Origin: Dehalococcoidia bacterium | GTDB taxonomy: Bacteria > Chloroflexota > Dehalococcoidia > GIF9 > AB-539-J10 | Reading direction: 5' to 3' | DNA: 64,000 bases | NCBI GenBank assembly: GCA_030612025.1 | Contig: JAUWOR010000003.1 | Span: 101,492 to 165,491 of the forward strand | Shown: positions 61,740 to 64,000 of the stretch, piece after piece | Position numbering within the stretch: position 1 is the first letter of the stretch | Layout: each line of letters opens with the position of its first letter | The notes under the pieces: generated by a model | What the model saw: the letters and a program-made list of their open reading frames with translations, nothing else | Told to the model about the DNA's origin: nothing | The model's database searches: none | Made by a program: the position numbers and the translations under genes

Positions 61740-61777
61740 TCCTCTCCCTTGATGGGAGAGGATAAAGGTGAGGGTGA
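61740..61777. repeat. CCTCTCCC...GGGAGAGG...GGTGAGGGTG palindromic element
   Basis: tcctctcccttgatgggagaggataaaggtgagggtg. Confidence 0.7.
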
Positions 61778-61932
61778 ATTGCCTCTTTTGTTTAATAATA
61801 TGCCTGTCTTCTCTTAGCAGCGCTATTAAATAGCCAGAGGCGAAGCTGGCCTTGTTTGAGCAAGAACTTCCTTCCAGTCAAGATTTGTTAGTCCTGCTGG
61901 TACATCCTGCAGCATGACCAGAATTTGCAATA

Positions 61933-61976
61933 GCACAGCCTTTGGGACGTTGAGGTCAGAGGTTCAAATCCTCTCG
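61933..61976 (+). repeat. Degenerate tRNA-Pro 3' copy 2
   Basis: gcacagcctttgggacgttgaggtcagaggttcaaatcctctcg. Confidence 0.8.
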
Positions 61977-62023
61977 GCTTTTTAATAGTTTACCCAAGAT
62001 TTGCCCTTAAGAAATCTTCCTAG

Positions 62024-62473
62024 CTATACTCCAATGAACTCATCTGTGATGACAACAAGTTGCTCGCTCTTTAATAAGACCAAACCATATTTATTGAGTA
62101 CGTCTCTACCTAGAAGGCTTGGTAATCTTCGTATCCTTTCCTCAATTTCCCCCTCCTCCACAACATGGTTAAGGACAAATATTTCTTTCAGCTCTTCTTT
62201 ATAAAAACCGTTCTCAGTGCGAAATAAGAGCCTTGGACTCGGAATTATGAAGGTGGCAACTACTCCGCCTATACCTGCTGTGCCAGGCTCAAACTTTTGA
62301 AGTTTCCCATAATCAATACCAAGCCTTACTGCATCGCTGTCTAAGATAGTAGTTCTCGAGGCTCCAGTATCAATTAAGAACTCTACAGGCTTTCTCAGGT
62401 CCAAGATTTCACAAATCAAGACAGCAGAAACATAAGGAGCCTCGAATTCTCCCCAGTATCCTGCAATCTTCAT
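62024..62473 (-). CDS. Retropepsin-like aspartyl protease
   Basis: FLIDTGAS, GIGG flap, SLLGRDVL. Confidence 0.85.
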   Translation of the reverse strand: MKIAGYWGEFEAPYVSAVLICEILDLRKPVEFLIDTGASRTTILDSDAVRLGIDYGKLQKFEPGTAGIGGVVATFIIPSPRLLFRTENGFYKEELKEIFVLNHVVEEGEIEERIRRLPSLLGRDVLNKYGLVLLKSEQLVVITDEFIGV

Positions 62474-62721
62474 AGAATCAGCTCTACCTTCTTAGGTGTC
62501 ACATATTTGATTGCAATTCTGCTGCTATCTACCTGGTATTTCTCATTAAGCCTTGCAACCAAGGATTTCAAATCCTTATCGTGGTCAACAACCCTGTGAG
62601 CAAGCACAGCTACATATTGGTCGGGATATTGTTCCTTCAGCCTGTCATAATGCTGGCTGAGCCATTTCATGTCTAGTTCAAACCCTTCGAGCTGCTCCAA
62701 AAGCATTTGCTCTGTTGCCAT
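62470..62721 (-). CDS. DUF5678-like small protein
   Basis: WLSQHYDRLKEQYPDQYVAV...VVDHD; ATGA overlap with the protease. Confidence 0.75.
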   Translation of the reverse strand: MATEQMLLEQLEGFELDMKWLSQHYDRLKEQYPDQYVAVLAHRVVDHDKDLKSLVARLNEKYQVDSSRIAIKYVTPKKVELIL

Positions 62722-62920
62722 CTCACCCCCTTAAAAGCAAATTTGATCCTGAAGCCTTAGCCTAAATTGGCATTCCCATTCTAGCACAAACCCAAGCGGC
62801 TGGCACTTTTTAAACAGGCATCGAACAATCGACAGAATAACCGCAAACGAGTTATGTAAACAGGCAGGACTAAAGCCTAAATTCTGATAAGTGAAACTGG
62901 GCAAGGGCATAATACAGGCT

Positions 62921-62978
62921 GCAGCGCACTGCGTTCGGGAGGCTGAGGTCGGAGGTTCAAATACTCTTGCCCCAACCA
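62921..62978 (+). repeat. Degenerate tRNA-Pro 3' copy 3
   Basis: gcagcgcactgcgttcgggaggctgaggtcggaggttcaaatactcttgccccaacca. Confidence 0.9.
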
Positions 62979-62985
62979 GCAAAGA

Positions 62986-63204
62986 CTACTGCCTAAGCCA
63001 CTCCTCTCTGGTAACTTCAGCTCGCTTTAAAATCCGAGCAAGAAGAGCAACCCCAATCTCTCTACGATGCGGATTGGGGATAGTTAACACCAAACTGCCT
63101 TTTATCATGTAAGGATGTTTCCCGCCTCGATAAGGCCCTTCAAATTCAAGCCCACGAAGTCGCCTTACTAGCTTTGTCCATGAAACAGGCGAAAGCTCAG
63201 CCAC
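62986..63204 (-). CDS. hicA: HicA family toxin
   Basis: LRGLEFEGPYRGGKHPYM...TIPNPH...LLARILKRA. Confidence 0.88.
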   Translation of the reverse strand: MAELSPVSWTKLVRRLRGLEFEGPYRGGKHPYMIKGSLVLTIPNPHRREIGVALLARILKRAEVTREEWLRQ

Positions 63205-63451
63205 CGACTTCTAAAGTTTTGAGTTCCTCTATTTTGTGTTCGCCTATGGCAGGAATGCCTAGTCCTTTTCTAAGCCTTACCACAAGCCAACCATCAATAA
63301 CCTCAGCTAAATTATGACGGCATTCCTCAAGTGTTTTACCCGTAGCCCACACACCTTCAAGCTCTGGAACCTCTCCATAGTATGGTTCCTTATCCTCAAT
63401 GATTTCATACCTTGCCCTATTAAGAGCGGCTTCAATGTATTGTGCAATCAA
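63197..63451 (-). CDS. hicB: HicB family antitoxin
   Basis: YYGEVPELEGVWATGKTLEECRHNL. Confidence 0.88.
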   Translation of the reverse strand: MIAQYIEAALNRARYEIIEDKEPYYGEVPELEGVWATGKTLEECRHNLAEVIDGWLVVRLRKGLGIPAIGEHKIEELKTLEVGG

Positions 63452-63576
63452 TTTTCCACCTCTTTGCTTAACTTCTCTTTACCTGCTAGAGGGATTTTTC
63501 ATACAAATGATATTGCTCACAATCATTTCCTAATCATTATAGCTCGAATGCTTACTAAATGACAATAAGTACCGCA

Positions 63577-63637
63577 TGTAGCAGCGCGCAGCGTTCGGGA
63601 CGCTGAGGTTGGCGGTTCAAATCCTCTCGCCCTATCA
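63577..63637 (+). repeat. Degenerate tRNA-Pro 3' copy 4
   Basis: tgtagcagcgcgcagcgttcgggacgctgaggttggcggttcaaatcctctcgccctatca. Confidence 0.9.
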
Positions 63638-63776
63638 GAATTCCTCAATTTAGCAGTTGACGCATTCTGCTATGATATCTTTTATAGTCCTACTCAGAAA
63701 CAAAACGCTAAAAAGTATGGTGACAAAGACTGTTACCACATTTTCCACCTAACAGCTAGGCAATGAAATAATGGCC

Positions 63777-63809
63777 TTGACTTCTGCAATATCACTCATT
63801 ATAATGAGC
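63777..63809 (+). promoter_or_regulatory. Sigma70 promoter with a palindrome over the -10 box (possible autoregulatory operator)
   Basis: TTGACT-17 nt-TATAAT; CTCATTATAATGAG is a perfect palindrome. Confidence 0.6.
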
Positions 63810-63838
63810 ATACACTCAATATTTAGAGTGAGGATAAG

Positions 63839-64000
63839 ATGCTTAACACTTACCTCATTAACACAGTCACCCAGAGGGTCATCAGCTTTCTTGCCAAGTT
63901 TTGCGATCAGGAATTTTATGAAAGGCAGATTGCCCAGAGGATTGGCATAGCTTATGGCTCAGCAAACCGAGCCTTAAATGAATTATATTCCACTGGAGCC
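63839..64000 (+). CDS. Winged-HTH protein (3'-partial), probably an HTH-nucleotidyltransferase antitoxin
   Basis: MLNTYLINTVTQRVISFLAKFCDQEFYERQIAQRIGIAYGSANRALNELYSTGA... Confidence 0.55.
   Translation, partial: MLNTYLINTVTQRVISFLAKFCDQEFYERQIAQRIGIAYGSANRALNELYSTGA

Noticed and set aside
62731-63112. ORFs 62731-62982 (-) and 62891-63112 (+)
   Set aside because: They read through a tRNA fragment or antisense to hicA; no protein features
62921-63637. tRNA-Pro copies 3 and 4 as functional tRNAs
   Set aside because: They lack the 5' acceptor strand and most of the D arm and have stem mismatches

Overview
Bacterial chromosomal window, most consistent with a Dehalococcoidia-like member of Chloroflexota (inferred from gene content, gene order and protein style, not from a database search). 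From left to right it holds: the 3' end of a type I R-M locus (hsdS, hsdR, M48 peptidase) ending at a truncated ogt-like fragment; dnaE; an accessory metabolic block (divergent TfrAB/SdhAB-like flavoprotein plus Fe-S/CCG subunit, Liv-type ABC transporter, pxpA-DUF1445-pxpB-pxpC); recA-recX; oadG-oadB; tRNA-Ile followed by a zinc-ribbon/RRM/DEAD-box cassette and a PD-(D/E)XK nuclease; NYN and J-domain genes; the str-S10-spc-alpha ribosomal superoperon on the minus strand; radical SAM, MarC, gyrA, TPR, lysC, apgM; then tRNA-Pro(CGG) and asd. The ribosomal operon has no tuf and no L30, but carries an unannotated bS22-like gene between L23 and L2. After tRNA-Pro comes an array of four degenerate tRNA-Pro 3' copies that separate small cassettes of toxin-antitoxin genes and defence-gene remnants, with no integrase in the window. 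Several families of short palindromic or heptamer repeats fill gene junctions, and some lie in frame inside essential genes. No CRISPR array or rRNA was seen.
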